Source of the DNA: an uncultured bacterium
GTDB lineage: Bacteria > JAJVIF01 > JAPKYR01
DNA: 64,000 bases
Assembly: GCA_965369865.1 (NCBI GenBank)
Contig: CBDURU010000001.1
Span: 61,175 to 125,174 of the forward strand
Direction of reading: 5' to 3'
The notes under the pieces were generated by a model. That model had not been told where the DNA came from, did not search any database, and saw only the letters and a list, made by a program, of their open reading frames with translations. Position 1 is the stretch's first letter, and the number at the start of each line of letters is the position of its first letter. This document shows, one piece after another, positions 20,895 to 31,389 of the stretch. Made by a program: the position numbers and the translations under genes.

Positions 20895-21596
20895 ATGACC
20901 GAACAAGAATCCCAGACTGTCTGTATCATCCCAGCCTTTGATGAGGCTCCTACAGTCGCGGATATCGCCAGGATCGCGGTCGAACATCCTTTAATCGGCC
21001 GCGTTTTTGTAATCGATGACGGCTCAACTGATGATACATCTGAAAAAGCACGGGCGGTCGATGGAGTTAACCTCATCGTTCACAATGTAAACGGCGGTAA
21101 AGGAAAGGCCATGCGCACCGGCCTGGATGCGACTGATGAACCAATCGTCCTATTTCTTGACGCGGACCTGGTCGGTTTGAAACCTCACCATATCACCGAC
21201 CTTATGAAACCTGTCCTCGATGGTGATGCGGACATGTCCGTCGGGCTTTTCAGAGGCGGACGCCTTCACACCGATCTCGCGCATATGATCACCCCCTCAC
21301 TCTCCGGCCAGAGGACAGTCCAAAGATCGGTGATCGAAAATATGGACATGGACTCGGTTGGATTCGCGATTGAAAGGGCACTGACAGAACTCTGGGAAAC
21401 AGGAAAAATCAAAGTTAAAGATGTCATCTGGAAAGGCGTCACACATCGAACCAAAGAGGAGAAACGCGGGTACATCGAAGGCGTCAGGCAGCGAATAGGA
21501 ATGTTTTCGGAGATACTTAAATTCGAAGGGAAACGCATCGGGAGACGCCTGAAAAACGGCAAAACCACTCACTCTGAACGGTCGGACAAACCGTAA
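20895..21596 (+). CDS. Glycosyltransferase family 2
   Basis: IIPAFDE, IDDGSTD, NGGKGKAM, FLDADL. Confidence 0.92.
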   Translation: MTEQESQTVCIIPAFDEAPTVADIARIAVEHPLIGRVFVIDDGSTDDTSEKARAVDGVNLIVHNVNGGKGKAMRTGLDATDEPIVLFLDADLVGLKPHHITDLMKPVLDGDADMSVGLFRGGRLHTDLAHMITPSLSGQRTVQRSVIENMDMDSVGFAIERALTELWETGKIKVKDVIWKGVTHRTKEEKRGYIEGVRQRIGMFSEILKFEGKRIGRRLKNGKTTHSERSDKP

Positions 21597-21813
21597 AATG
21601 CGCATCCTGCAAATGACCCTTGTAAAATGTGCATTCTGCGCATGATTCAAAATTCCTCCCGGTTAACCTCGATACTCATTTTCTTCCAGTCACCTTTCCT
21701 GAAAAGTCAGAAATAATTCCAGCAAAATGGTGAGCACATACCATGCTCGTTTTTAGAGCGACGGCTGGATTATCTAGCATCGAAGTAAGGTTGGTATGCT
21801 GTAAATTCATGAG

Positions 21814-24783
21814 TTATTTGGCTAAGGCCTTGGAAACCCTATCCAATTTTCTATGGACGAGTAAAGTATCCTCCGATTTTTCTCCCAGAGCTTTTTTAAG
21901 TGTTTTGTAAGCCTTCTGTAAATTGCTTTTCGCCTTAAGTAATTTTCCTTGCACTTCGTATAAGCTTCCTCTATGGCTAAGGCAAATACCTAAGTGTGCT
22001 TTTTCTTTGATGTCAGGAGATGCAAGAATTCGAAGAGCTTGGTCATTATAATTTAGAGACTCTTCGAACTCTCCAACTTTCATTAGACTAGCAGCTAAAT
22101 TGTCAAACCTAATTCCAACGTATTCATGCTCAGGACCATAGTTATGAACTTCGACCTCAAGGGCATGTCGATATAAGTGGGAAGCAATATGAAAATCTTC
22201 TTGGATTAAATGCAATTTTGCCAAATCAGAATAAAGAACACTCATAACATCATTATCTTTCTCGCCTTTCGAAATAAATTCATTAATTTTGCAGTTGATT
22301 TTATTCATTAGGTTTATAGTCTCCAAATTGCTTTCAAGAGTAGATGCATATTGTATGTTTTGCTTTCCAAATTTTTTAACTAGATCATTAGCTTTCAAAA
22401 ATTGATCTAAAGCTTTATCATAATCACCTTCTGCGCGATAAACGCATCCTAGATTATTGAAATGCAAAATTAGTTGAGATCTATTTATTGTATTCTCTTG
22501 TTGTTCTGAATCCGCTTTTATTGCTTTAGTAAGTAAAATTTTTGCAGCCCTTAACATTCCAGCATGCTTGTAAGCAACACTTAAGTTTGACAGTTTAAAT
22601 GATATGTTTTGCATGTTTAGAAAACCAGCTTGTACGAGGAGCCTTAGAGATTTCTTGTGAAGTTTGATGGCCCCGGCTGGATTTCCCTGTTGTCGAATGA
22701 CAACCGCTAAATCAGATAGACTACCAATTGTTATTTCATGAGAAGCACCTAGGTGTTTTCTAGATAAATGATAAGATCTGGCAAAGGTTTTTTTCGCCAA
22801 ATGTAGCTCGTCGGACTCCAGGTAACATAAACCGATGTTTTTTAAGCAGATAATGTATTCATGGTCTTCCTCCCCTTTTTGTTGCCTATAAATCTCAAGG
22901 GCTTTCTGAGATAACACTAATGCTTCATTAAATCGCTCTAGTTTTCTTAACACCCCAGCAAGATTATCCGCAGATGTAGCATATTCAACTTGGTCACATC
23001 CACGGAAATGTTGCGAAATGTTAAGTGCATTTTCAAAGCAATCCAAAGCAGAATTAAGTTTAAAGGATTGGTCAAGTAATAATCCTGCAAAATTTAATAA
23101 TCTTACATTGATTGCTTCAGCCAGTTTAATATGAGAAAGATGTTTTGAAATAGATAATACGTGCGGTAAAATTCTGATTTTAGATTTATGATTGAGAGTC
23201 GTATCTGCAATGAAATTATCCAGAATCTTCGCAGATGCCCATGCATATGTAAGAAATGTTTCTTTATCGAGTTGACCTAGAACAACGTCTTGTAGAAGTC
23301 TATGGATTGAGAGATTATCAGAGTTTTCCAGTTGGAATCGATCCACCAAGGATAAAGCACGCAAATTCTTAATAAGTGTATTTAATAAAATATCATCTTG
23401 AGCCTGTTCTTCTAAAAACGAAGGTAAATATTCTTTTCCTTTTTTAATAATTGCTAGTGGGATGTCTTCAGGGGCAAAGAAAGCAAGTAAAAACAAGAGA
23501 CTAGTACTTCCATCATCAAGAGATTTAATTGATGATAACCAAGTTGTGGCAACGGTTGAATGGTAATCGTCAACTTGCCTAACCTGCTCCAATATTTTTG
23601 TACGGTTTACGATCAAGATATCATATAATTTCCCTAGTGATATTCCAGAGAGTTTTGCATATGCAACTGACTGCTCTAAAGCTAGTGGGAGATCTTTTAA
23701 TTCATCAGCTATTTTATCTGCAGCTTTAAGATCATCAGAACCGGTTCTTTGCACAATGAATCTGACAGACTCCTCCCGTTTCCACGGAGTAACAAGAATC
23801 TCGTGACCGATGTGGCTCCAGTCTGGACTCAGGGATGTGATTATCACATTCCCACGTAAGCCCTGAGGAATGAATTCTTTTATTGACTGCTGATCAGGTG
23901 CATTATCATAGATAATGAGCCAGCTTTTATGTTGCCTTAGCCAATCGAGCACACTTTTCATAATTTCATAGTGTGGTAGATTAAAATCAATCATAAATTT
24001 GATATTTGGGAAGTATTCCTTGCTAAGGTTCTGGGCTAGATCGATAAATTGAACAGGAATGCTAGCTGGGAATTCGGAATTGATCCACCATACAATTTTA
24101 TATTCGTGAGCGTAGTGATAGGCGTACTCAAGAGCGATTTGCGTCTTACCAATGCCGGCTCCTGAATGGAGTACCTGGGTGACTGCAGCAGGAGTTCCAG
24201 ATGTTAGACCTTCATGCAGGTGATGGAGAATTTCATCTCTACCAGTGAAACTAAGATTGCGATTATAAGGCACATGCCAGATTTTTGGTACTGCAAAAGG
24301 ATCTGAGGGTTCATCAGTTTCAGGTATAGCTGTACTGAATGGGCAAACTGGTTCATCATCCGGTTTTTTAATACCTTTAACCGTTGATTCAACCTTTAGT
24401 GCAAGCTCAGTTCTGTTAATGGTCCCAACAAGATCACTGTATATAATTGTTCTGAGCAATCCTTTGGGCTTATAGTCGGCAACCCTAAAAGGCATTATAA
24501 TTGATTTGCCAGTTTCATTTTGCTTATCATTGAAAGCATTCCACTCATCCATACACTGTTCAGATTGTTGATAATCAGGGGAAAGAAGCGCGATCATCCG
24601 ATCGGCCTTTTCTACGGCATCTCCCATATGCTTTCTGAAAGATTGACCATGCGCAAAGTCATATTTATCAAAGATTGTCTCACGATCACATTTTTTCCGA
24701 ACAAACCATTCTATCCATTTGGCTTTAGGTGTGTCTTTGTGGCTATAACTTATAAAAATAATTTCCTTTCCATTTTTAACCAT
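21814..24783 (-). CDS. TIR - NB-ARC (STAND) - TPR protein
   Basis: TIR FISYSHKD..LLSPDY..SEQCMDEW; Walker A GAGIGKT; Walker B WLIIYDNA; LPLALEQ; IHRLLQ; TPR repeats; visibly AT-rich. Confidence 0.9.
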   Translation of the reverse strand: MVKNGKEIIFISYSHKDTPKAKWIEWFVRKKCDRETIFDKYDFAHGQSFRKHMGDAVEKADRMIALLSPDYQQSEQCMDEWNAFNDKQNETGKSIIMPFRVADYKPKGLLRTIIYSDLVGTINRTELALKVESTVKGIKKPDDEPVCPFSTAIPETDEPSDPFAVPKIWHVPYNRNLSFTGRDEILHHLHEGLTSGTPAAVTQVLHSGAGIGKTQIALEYAYHYAHEYKIVWWINSEFPASIPVQFIDLAQNLSKEYFPNIKFMIDFNLPHYEIMKSVLDWLRQHKSWLIIYDNAPDQQSIKEFIPQGLRGNVIITSLSPDWSHIGHEILVTPWKREESVRFIVQRTGSDDLKAADKIADELKDLPLALEQSVAYAKLSGISLGKLYDILIVNRTKILEQVRQVDDYHSTVATTWLSSIKSLDDGSTSLLFLLAFFAPEDIPLAIIKKGKEYLPSFLEEQAQDDILLNTLIKNLRALSLVDRFQLENSDNLSIHRLLQDVVLGQLDKETFLTYAWASAKILDNFIADTTLNHKSKIRILPHVLSISKHLSHIKLAEAINVRLLNFAGLLLDQSFKLNSALDCFENALNISQHFRGCDQVEYATSADNLAGVLRKLERFNEALVLSQKALEIYRQQKGEEDHEYIICLKNIGLCYLESDELHLAKKTFARSYHLSRKHLGASHEITIGSLSDLAVVIRQQGNPAGAIKLHKKSLRLLVQAGFLNMQNISFKLSNLSVAYKHAGMLRAAKILLTKAIKADSEQQENTINRSQLILHFNNLGCVYRAEGDYDKALDQFLKANDLVKKFGKQNIQYASTLESNLETINLMNKINCKINEFISKGEKDNDVMSVLYSDLAKLHLIQEDFHIASHLYRHALEVEVHNYGPEHEYVGIRFDNLAASLMKVGEFEESLNYNDQALRILASPDIKEKAHLGICLSHRGSLYEVQGKLLKAKSNLQKAYKTLKKALGEKSEDTLLVHRKLDRVSKALAK

Positions 24784-24809
24784 AAAAACACCAATATCTG
24801 TACTGAACT

Positions 24810-26216
24810 CTAACCCCTTGCGGCCATCTCTACTTCCGCGTATTCGGCGGTGAAATGCCTTAATACCGGGGGTTCGTAGGTCAGGCGTATGCCTTTCAAT
24901 TCGTCTCGTTTTTCGTACACGGTTTTGATAGTATCAATAACATAATCCATTTGGGTTTGCGTGTAGACACGACGCGGGATCGCCATCCGGACGAATTCGA
25001 AACGTGCGGTACGTTCCTTGCCGGTCTCCGGGTCGCGTCCCGCGAGGATTGTCCCGATCTCGCACACTCGCACTCCACCCTCAATGTAAACCGCGTTCTG
25101 AAAAGCAATGCCCGGATATAATTTCCGGGGCATATCGGGCATTGCTTTTGTAATGTTTAAATAAACAGCGTGGCCGCCGGTCGGCCAGAAAATCGGTACT
25201 CCCGCCTTACGGAGCCTGGCTCCAAGGTAACGGGTTTGCCCGATACGCCATGTCAGGTAGTGCTCATCCATTCCTTCCCGTAAGCCGACCGCAAGCGCCG
25301 CGATATCCCGTCCGGCCTGGCCGCCGTAAGTCGGGAAACCCTCGAACAACGTTGCCATGGTCGCGAGTTTCCGGTAAAGCTCCTCATCGCGGCAGACGAT
25401 GAGTCCGCCGATATTAACAAGCCCGTCCTTCTTGCTCGACATCATCGCCCCGTCGACATAACTGAACATCTCTTTGACGATTTCCGGAATTGTTTTTTCC
25501 GCGTAGCCTTCCTCGCGGGTTTTTATAAAGTATGCGTTTTCGGAAAACCGGGCCGCGTCGAAAAACAAGGGGATTTCGTAGCCCCCGCAAACCTTGCTGA
25601 TTTCCCGTATGCAATTCATGCTGACAGGTTGGCCGGCAGCGGTGTTCGCGGTGATTGTCAGGATTACGAGCGGTACATTGTCGATCCCGGCATCCTCAAT
25701 CGCCCTTGTTAATTTGTCAGGATCGATATCACCCTTGAACGGGCTGTCACTTTCGGAATCGAGCGCTTCATCGCATATGCAGTCCACCCCGACCCCTCCC
25801 GCCCACTGGATGTGTCCGGATGTCGTATCGAAATGCCCGTTTCCGGGCACGACCGGCCTTTTATCGGATTCGAGGAGTACTGTCAGCACAAGATGCTCGG
25901 CGCCGCGACCCTGGTGGGCGGGAAGCACATACGGCATGCCGAAAATTTCCTTCGCCGTACGGTTAAGTTCCTCCCATGATTTCGAGCTTGCGTAAGATTC
26001 ATCCCCCCGCATGATCGCTGCCCACTGCTCATCGCTCATCGCTCCGGTGCCGGAGTCGGTGAGGAGATCGATCGTAATTTTTCTGGCGGGAACATTAAAA
26101 ATGTTGCCTTTCGCGTCCCGCCACAGGATTTTTTCACGTTCCTCGCGCTTAGTGATCGGGACTTTCTCGACTGCCTTTATTTTAAACGGCTCGAACGGGT
26201 ATGAAATCTCCGGCAT
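24810..26216 (-). CDS. tnaA: Tryptophanase (tryptophan indole-lyase)
   Basis: IDLLTDSGT, HQGRGAE, PLP lysine motif SSKKDGLVNIGG; HFDTT, EIG and LRHFTA match tryptophanase rather than tyrosine phenol-lyase (FTTT, ERG, LRFFTA). Confidence 0.88.
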   Translation of the reverse strand: MPEISYPFEPFKIKAVEKVPITKREEREKILWRDAKGNIFNVPARKITIDLLTDSGTGAMSDEQWAAIMRGDESYASSKSWEELNRTAKEIFGMPYVLPAHQGRGAEHLVLTVLLESDKRPVVPGNGHFDTTSGHIQWAGGVGVDCICDEALDSESDSPFKGDIDPDKLTRAIEDAGIDNVPLVILTITANTAAGQPVSMNCIREISKVCGGYEIPLFFDAARFSENAYFIKTREEGYAEKTIPEIVKEMFSYVDGAMMSSKKDGLVNIGGLIVCRDEELYRKLATMATLFEGFPTYGGQAGRDIAALAVGLREGMDEHYLTWRIGQTRYLGARLRKAGVPIFWPTGGHAVYLNITKAMPDMPRKLYPGIAFQNAVYIEGGVRVCEIGTILAGRDPETGKERTARFEFVRMAIPRRVYTQTQMDYVIDTIKTVYEKRDELKGIRLTYEPPVLRHFTAEYAEVEMAARG

Positions 26217-26382
26217 GCTTCACTCCTCGAAAGTGCTGAACAATCCGAAATGATTGTACTCTTTGGGGGGGAGTAGGCGCAAGGGGTGTAATACTGCAAC
26301 CAGTGCTGAATGGTAAAGCGAATTATATTAAAGATGCAGGAATTTGCTTATTTACATATTAAATTCTTTGCCAGGGTATAGG

Positions 26383-28890
26383 TCAAGGATTGTACCTCGC
26401 GACGAAAATATTAAAACCTGCGCCGGAAGTCAGTAATGTCTCGTATGGTTCGCCCTCTCCGAATAAGGCAAAGCCTGAGAACCTACCTGTAACTACTGTA
26501 GAGTCATCCGAAAGTGCTGTGATCCCATAACCATAATCTCTTTTGCTCCCGCCGGCACGTTTCACCCATACGAGCATTCCATCCGGGTCATACCTCGCAA
26601 CGAAAACATCATAGTCCCCGTCGGAAGTGAGCACGGTCTGGTTTGGATCACCCTTCCCGAATGTGGGTGAATCTTTGAACCCCCCTGACAAAACGGTCGA
26701 GTTGTCTGAAAGCGTTGTGATTCCATTACCCAAGCTCCAATCAGGATCGACAGCGCCTTTCGCCCAAGCAAGTGTTCCGTCCGGGTTGAATCGCGCGATA
26801 AAAATACCACCTGAACTTATGAAATTCAGCACAGTCTCATTAGGTCCACCCTCTCCGAATGTGGCTGATCCTCCAGACCGACCTGTTACTACGGTGGAGT
26901 CGTTGGAAAGCGATGTTATTCCATAACCACGGTCAAAACCAATCCCTCCAGCACGTTTCGCCCACGCGAGTGTTCCGTCCTGGTTATACTGCGCGACGAA
27001 GATGTCATTTCCGTCAAAACCTCCATGGAAGGAAAAGAGCACAGTCTGATTCGTTTCGTCCTTCCCGAATGTGGCTGGTCCGATGTACGACCCTGTTACA
27101 ACAGTCGAGTTGTCTGACAGGGCGGTAATTGCATAACCGATATCCCCTGGATATGTACTGCCGCCAGCGCTTTTTGCCCAGGCAAGCGTTCCGTCCGGAT
27201 TGTACCTCGCAACGAAAATATTATCGTTATTTCCCCCTGAAGTGAGTTGTGTCTGATTTGGTTCACCCTCCCCGAATGTAGCTGATCCCCTGAAGTATCC
27301 TGTTATTACAGTCGAGTCATCTGAAAGCGCGGTAATTCCATAACCGATATCCCCTGGATATGTGCTGCCGCCAGCGCTTTTCGCCCATGCAAGCGTTCCA
27401 TCCGGGTTATATCGCGCGACGAAAATATTACAATTTTCTGAGGAAGTCAGTATGGTCTCATTCGCTTCACCCTTACCGAATGTGGTCCATCCTCTGAAAC
27501 GCCCTGTTACCACGGTTGAGTCGTCCGAAAGCGATGTAATTCCATAACCCTCGTCCTCAACGCCCCCGCCAGCGCTTTTCGCCCATGCAAGTGTGCCGTC
27601 CGGGTTGTACCTTGCGACGAAAATATCCTGCAAGCTAACGGAAATCAGCACAGTCTGATTGGGTTCCCCTTTTCCAAAAATAGCTGTTGCGTAAAAAATG
27701 CCGGTTACTACAATCGAGTTGTCCGATAGTGTTGTGATTGCATAACCTTTTGCCATATCCCCGCCTGCGCTTTTCGCCCAGATCAGATTACCGTCTTCTT
27801 CCAAAGTAGTTCCATATTCGACCTGCCATGCATCAATCTGCCCTGAAAATTCATCAACTTCGGTGTCAACTACCCGTATGAGTAATGGAGAATCATCAGC
27901 AGTGCCACCCAAATCATTTAAAATTGTTCCGGTATATTCTGTGCTGTTTTCCTCACCAGTAGATTGGGTTAATTCAACAACTCCGTTGAATAAACCAGGC
28001 GCTTCAACGGTGACTTTGTTGATAGTTGAAATCCCCTGATGATCATACACTATAACCTTGATTGATTCAGACCCACCAGACTCAGGCCATGAGTCCATAC
28101 TTGCATTAACAAAGTACGCCTCATTACAATTCGCTTCAGGAGGAAAGTCGTTCACCGGGTCGTCCCATGTGTCGATCTCCATCCAGCACGCATCGACCGC
28201 ATAGCCGAATTTTAAATCCCCAGGCGGTACATGAAGCCTTGCGCGACGGTGATCCTCCTCACCGGATTCTATCATACGCCGAGGATTTTCCCGGCCAAAT
28301 GCGATGAATGGGTTTAAAGTTGCCGAGAAATCATAGCCGATCGACATGATTCCAGGGAAGTATGTCAAAATTGGTGTATTTTCGTTGTACGGAAAATCGG
28401 TTGGGTTGAAAAGTGTCGTGAATCCAGCCGGATTCATAATCCGGGGATTACTTCCATTGAAAGAGACCCTCTTACCGCTACCAGGGAAAGTATAGTCGGC
28501 ATCGGTAATAAAAATAAACCGCATATCGAATACAGTGTATTGCGGGAGATCGGGTAGCGGGTGTTTCAATTTTATATCGCAGGAAAAATTATTGCTATCA
28601 TAGATTATGAAATCGCTGAACCAGATGCAATCAGGACACAGCTCTATGAAAGGCAGGATGTTCAGGTGCATCGCGAGATCGCGGTTCGGTATTACTTCGA
28701 CTGTCTGCCGATCTTCGGATATGCTGACTTCGCCGACATTCAGGAGAATGCGGTTATCGCTGACAGTCGTCCGGTCATTGGGCTGGGGGGCGTTATCCGG
28801 GAGCAAGGCAGGATTCTCACCACCGGACGAGCAACCGATAACAATCAGCAATGTGATTGTGATTAGGAGTACCAGTGAATGCGCTTTCAT
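26383..28890 (-). CDS. Lipoprotein, paralog 2: conserved N-terminal domain + 7 beta-propeller repeats
   Basis: Start refined to MKAHSLVLL (GGAGG RBS), lipobox VIGC, HLNI/CPDC/HP/FDMR/GYAVDACW, repeats WAKSAGG..DIFVARYNPDG. Confidence 0.88.
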   Translation of the reverse strand: MKAHSLVLLITITLLIVIGCSSGGENPALLPDNAPQPNDRTTVSDNRILLNVGEVSISEDRQTVEVIPNRDLAMHLNILPFIELCPDCIWFSDFIIYDSNNFSCDIKLKHPLPDLPQYTVFDMRFIFITDADYTFPGSGKRVSFNGSNPRIMNPAGFTTLFNPTDFPYNENTPILTYFPGIMSIGYDFSATLNPFIAFGRENPRRMIESGEEDHRRARLHVPPGDLKFGYAVDACWMEIDTWDDPVNDFPPEANCNEAYFVNASMDSWPESGGSESIKVIVYDHQGISTINKVTVEAPGLFNGVVELTQSTGEENSTEYTGTILNDLGGTADDSPLLIRVVDTEVDEFSGQIDAWQVEYGTTLEEDGNLIWAKSAGGDMAKGYAITTLSDNSIVVTGIFYATAIFGKGEPNQTVLISVSLQDIFVARYNPDGTLAWAKSAGGGVEDEGYGITSLSDDSTVVTGRFRGWTTFGKGEANETILTSSENCNIFVARYNPDGTLAWAKSAGGSTYPGDIGYGITALSDDSTVITGYFRGSATFGEGEPNQTQLTSGGNNDNIFVARYNPDGTLAWAKSAGGSTYPGDIGYAITALSDNSTVVTGSYIGPATFGKDETNQTVLFSFHGGFDGNDIFVAQYNQDGTLAWAKRAGGIGFDRGYGITSLSNDSTVVTGRSGGSATFGEGGPNETVLNFISSGGIFIARFNPDGTLAWAKGAVDPDWSLGNGITTLSDNSTVLSGGFKDSPTFGKGDPNQTVLTSDGDYDVFVARYDPDGMLVWVKRAGGSKRDYGYGITALSDDSTVVTGRFSGFALFGEGEPYETLLTSGAGFNIFVARYNP

Positions 28891-29038
28891 CCTGAAACCC
28901 TCCATTCTTAGGAAAAGGCATTTAAACTCGGGTACAATATTACACTAATGAATCAGAGTTTGAATAGAGATAAATTGTAGCCCAGGTTATTTTGGAAGTC
29001 AACCAAATTTAAGGGGGTCAGGATTTGAGTTTGAATCG

Positions 29039-29107
29039 TTGACAAGCACGTTCGACCCTAAGATTGGCTGGGATTGGTAGAAAATTATGTCTCACTCGGC
29101 TTGTCAA
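29039..29107. repeat. GACAAGCACGTT...GCTTGTC hairpin element at the left edge of the A/B array
   Basis: TTGACAAGC/GCTTGTCAA inverted ends; shares CAAGCACGTT and ATGTCTYACT with copies at ~1048 and ~60941. Confidence 0.7.
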
Positions 29108-29271
29108 GGCCATTCTTTAGGGTTTTAATTAATTTACGTACATGTTATTATTTCATTCGTACAAGAACAGGGAATCCGGCTTCACATGGAGCCAACCCGC
29201 AGGGAGTCACAGAGATAGAAAAAGCAGGCGAAAATTCTACGATTAATCCGTTTTTTGTTGAAGAGCCGAGG

Positions 29272-31368
29272 ATGGTATACGGTCCTGAGGCCGGCGACTG
29301 GCTGGAGCAATTCTGGCACCCTGAGCGACCCAATTATTATCTGCAGTTGTCGCAACCCCCGGATTATTACAGGGCACAGGAATGTTCAGTTTTTCTGCTG
29401 GTCCATGTAAAAGACATCTGGCCTCCAGGGGTGCTTATGGTCGGGGACAGGGGTATCCAACTGGATAGAATTATCGATGGTGAGTTGATCGTTGAGCCGT
29501 ATCCCGGAGTGGCGGAAGGCGCTGGGATCTGGATTGATAATGAGCCCTGGGCCGAGGATGAATGGGACTCATGGGCGGACCCTAACATGGGATATCGCAT
29601 CGCCGAGGACGCTAAACCCAGGGGGGATGAGTTTATAATAATATTTGAGATGGACGCGTTACTGGCTGATCCCGGCCTTGATGAGGTTAAGGTGCGTGTT
29701 ACCGACTTCCACGAAAATTGGACAAGGACGGATAATGTGCTGGACCAGCAGGGCGGTGAATATGTTGTACGCGACTTGATGTTCAGGGATAATAACAGGT
29801 ATCCGGATGACAATGATCCCTGTTATTACCCTAACAATCAACCTCCGTACAGGAGAGTTGAATGCGACGGTTATGTAATGCCAAGGCCGGGCGGGACAAC
29901 AGCCCTTGATGTGGTTGCGATCGTGTCATCTTATCATCCACCCGACAGTATCCCGGTCGATATTAGCGCACCTACTGACGAACCAGTGACTGGTGGTGGA
30001 GCGGAACAAGTAACTGCTCTATTGTACCGCCTGAATAAAAGCGCGTGTCCGAGTGAATGGCTGGAAATTTGGAGTGACAGCACGTGTGCCGGTGCTATTT
30101 ACAGTTCATGTGTTGAAATATACTGCCGTTATGCTACCGGGCGGGTATTCTATAATTGCCCTGAGGATCCACCGATGGTGGCTGCTACGGATAATGGGTA
30201 CACCACAGTGTCATCACCTGCAAATCCTGTTGATTATTCGGAAACGCCGTTCTTGTATGTCAGCAGCAGCGATCACCTGATCGACGACCCAGGCGGGGAT
30301 TATAAGGACTGGGCAAGTGCTATGGCGAGTGGTGTACAGATTAGTGGAAGTCCAATTCAGGATGCGAATATTTGGCACCATGCAGGTATGATTTTATCTG
30401 CTAGTTACGGAAATGGATTCCGGGGTTTATATGAAACTGAACTCGAGCAAAGTCCTGAATGGACTTTTGGGGGTGGGTGCAGTATAGAGAACCAGTATTA
30501 CGCAAACTATAAAGACAACGTATTAACTTATGGGTTTGAATTGGTTAAAGCTGAATGTGATGGATATGAAGCGCACTATGCAATTCAAAGCCAGGCAGAT
30601 GTAATGTTTGTTCTTGCGCACGGTGAAGTGTTCGGTAGGCCTGCAGGAAGGAACATGTATGGTGAATGGGAGGAATCAAATACCCATGCAATTCCTCCAG
30701 GTACAGATATACTTGGGAATCCATGGGTCGATCAACCGTATTTATTCTATTTCCCGGAAAGCCCGTTACCACCTTATGACGAAACTGGTAATAAGAATGA
30801 TATTATTGTCTGGGATGATTGGCCTGGTTATCTTGGGCCAAATCCAGATTCGGATTGGCTTGTCTTGATGGCGTGCCTTCAGCTTGGTGATCCCAGTACT
30901 CTTGCCCAATGTAATGCCTGGCTTTCATATCGCCACCTTATCCAAAATTCGAGTATCAGATCCGTATTGGGCCATAGGGATTTACATAATGGTGGTGCAT
31001 ATTCTGTAGGGATTGGTAATAATCCATTGCATCCAAATCTTTTTACTGGGACTTGGGAGGATGCTTTTATTGTTATGTTCTGCGGTTATCTGGAGTCAGG
31101 AGACTATCAACCTCACCCAACGGAACGGTGGTTGAATTACGATCCATCAGTTGAATATGGGGCAATGTGTTACATGGAAGCTGCATGGTTGTATTATTAT
31201 TACTATGAAACAATGTGCGGCCCGTGGGAGGAAGATCATGTTTTCCAGGATACTACTACAATTATTACTGCAAGTGCAGTTGATTTGAATTATCGATACA
31301 TTTTAGAAAAAGTACGTACTGCCGGTATACCAGAAGATGATTGGCCGGTAAGAATACATGTACTTTGA
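29272..31368 (+). CDS. Array gene A1: shared N-terminal module + putative clan CD (His-Cys, DUF6345-like) domain; start uncertain
   Basis: Long ORF (open from 29074, ATG 29272); ADVMFVLAHG ... DWLVLMACLQLG ... RSVLGHRD; no signal peptide. Confidence 0.7.
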   Translation: MVYGPEAGDWLEQFWHPERPNYYLQLSQPPDYYRAQECSVFLLVHVKDIWPPGVLMVGDRGIQLDRIIDGELIVEPYPGVAEGAGIWIDNEPWAEDEWDSWADPNMGYRIAEDAKPRGDEFIIIFEMDALLADPGLDEVKVRVTDFHENWTRTDNVLDQQGGEYVVRDLMFRDNNRYPDDNDPCYYPNNQPPYRRVECDGYVMPRPGGTTALDVVAIVSSYHPPDSIPVDISAPTDEPVTGGGAEQVTALLYRLNKSACPSEWLEIWSDSTCAGAIYSSCVEIYCRYATGRVFYNCPEDPPMVAATDNGYTTVSSPANPVDYSETPFLYVSSSDHLIDDPGGDYKDWASAMASGVQISGSPIQDANIWHHAGMILSASYGNGFRGLYETELEQSPEWTFGGGCSIENQYYANYKDNVLTYGFELVKAECDGYEAHYAIQSQADVMFVLAHGEVFGRPAGRNMYGEWEESNTHAIPPGTDILGNPWVDQPYLFYFPESPLPPYDETGNKNDIIVWDDWPGYLGPNPDSDWLVLMACLQLGDPSTLAQCNAWLSYRHLIQNSSIRSVLGHRDLHNGGAYSVGIGNNPLHPNLFTGTWEDAFIVMFCGYLESGDYQPHPTERWLNYDPSVEYGAMCYMEAAWLYYYYYETMCGPWEEDHVFQDTTTIITASAVDLNYRYILEKVRTAGIPEDDWPVRIHVL
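29299..29741 (+). repeat. A-gene 5' homology block (near-identical to 32566-33008; the 3' part also at 35565 onward)
   Basis: Direct DNA alignment at offset 3267. Confidence 0.95.
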
Positions 31369-31389
31369 GGACCTGAGAGGAGTATAATC

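Noticed and set aside
26217..26382. tnaC-type leader peptide upstream of tnaA
   Set aside because: No short Trp-containing ORF with TnaC features was seen.
29074..29271. Upstream extension of the A1 ORF (and similar extensions at 2944-3027, 40263-40433, 56502-56579)
   Set aside because: These overlap repeats, neighbouring genes or pseudogene DNA; downstream starts fit RBS, signal peptide or homology better. The A1 start remains uncertain.
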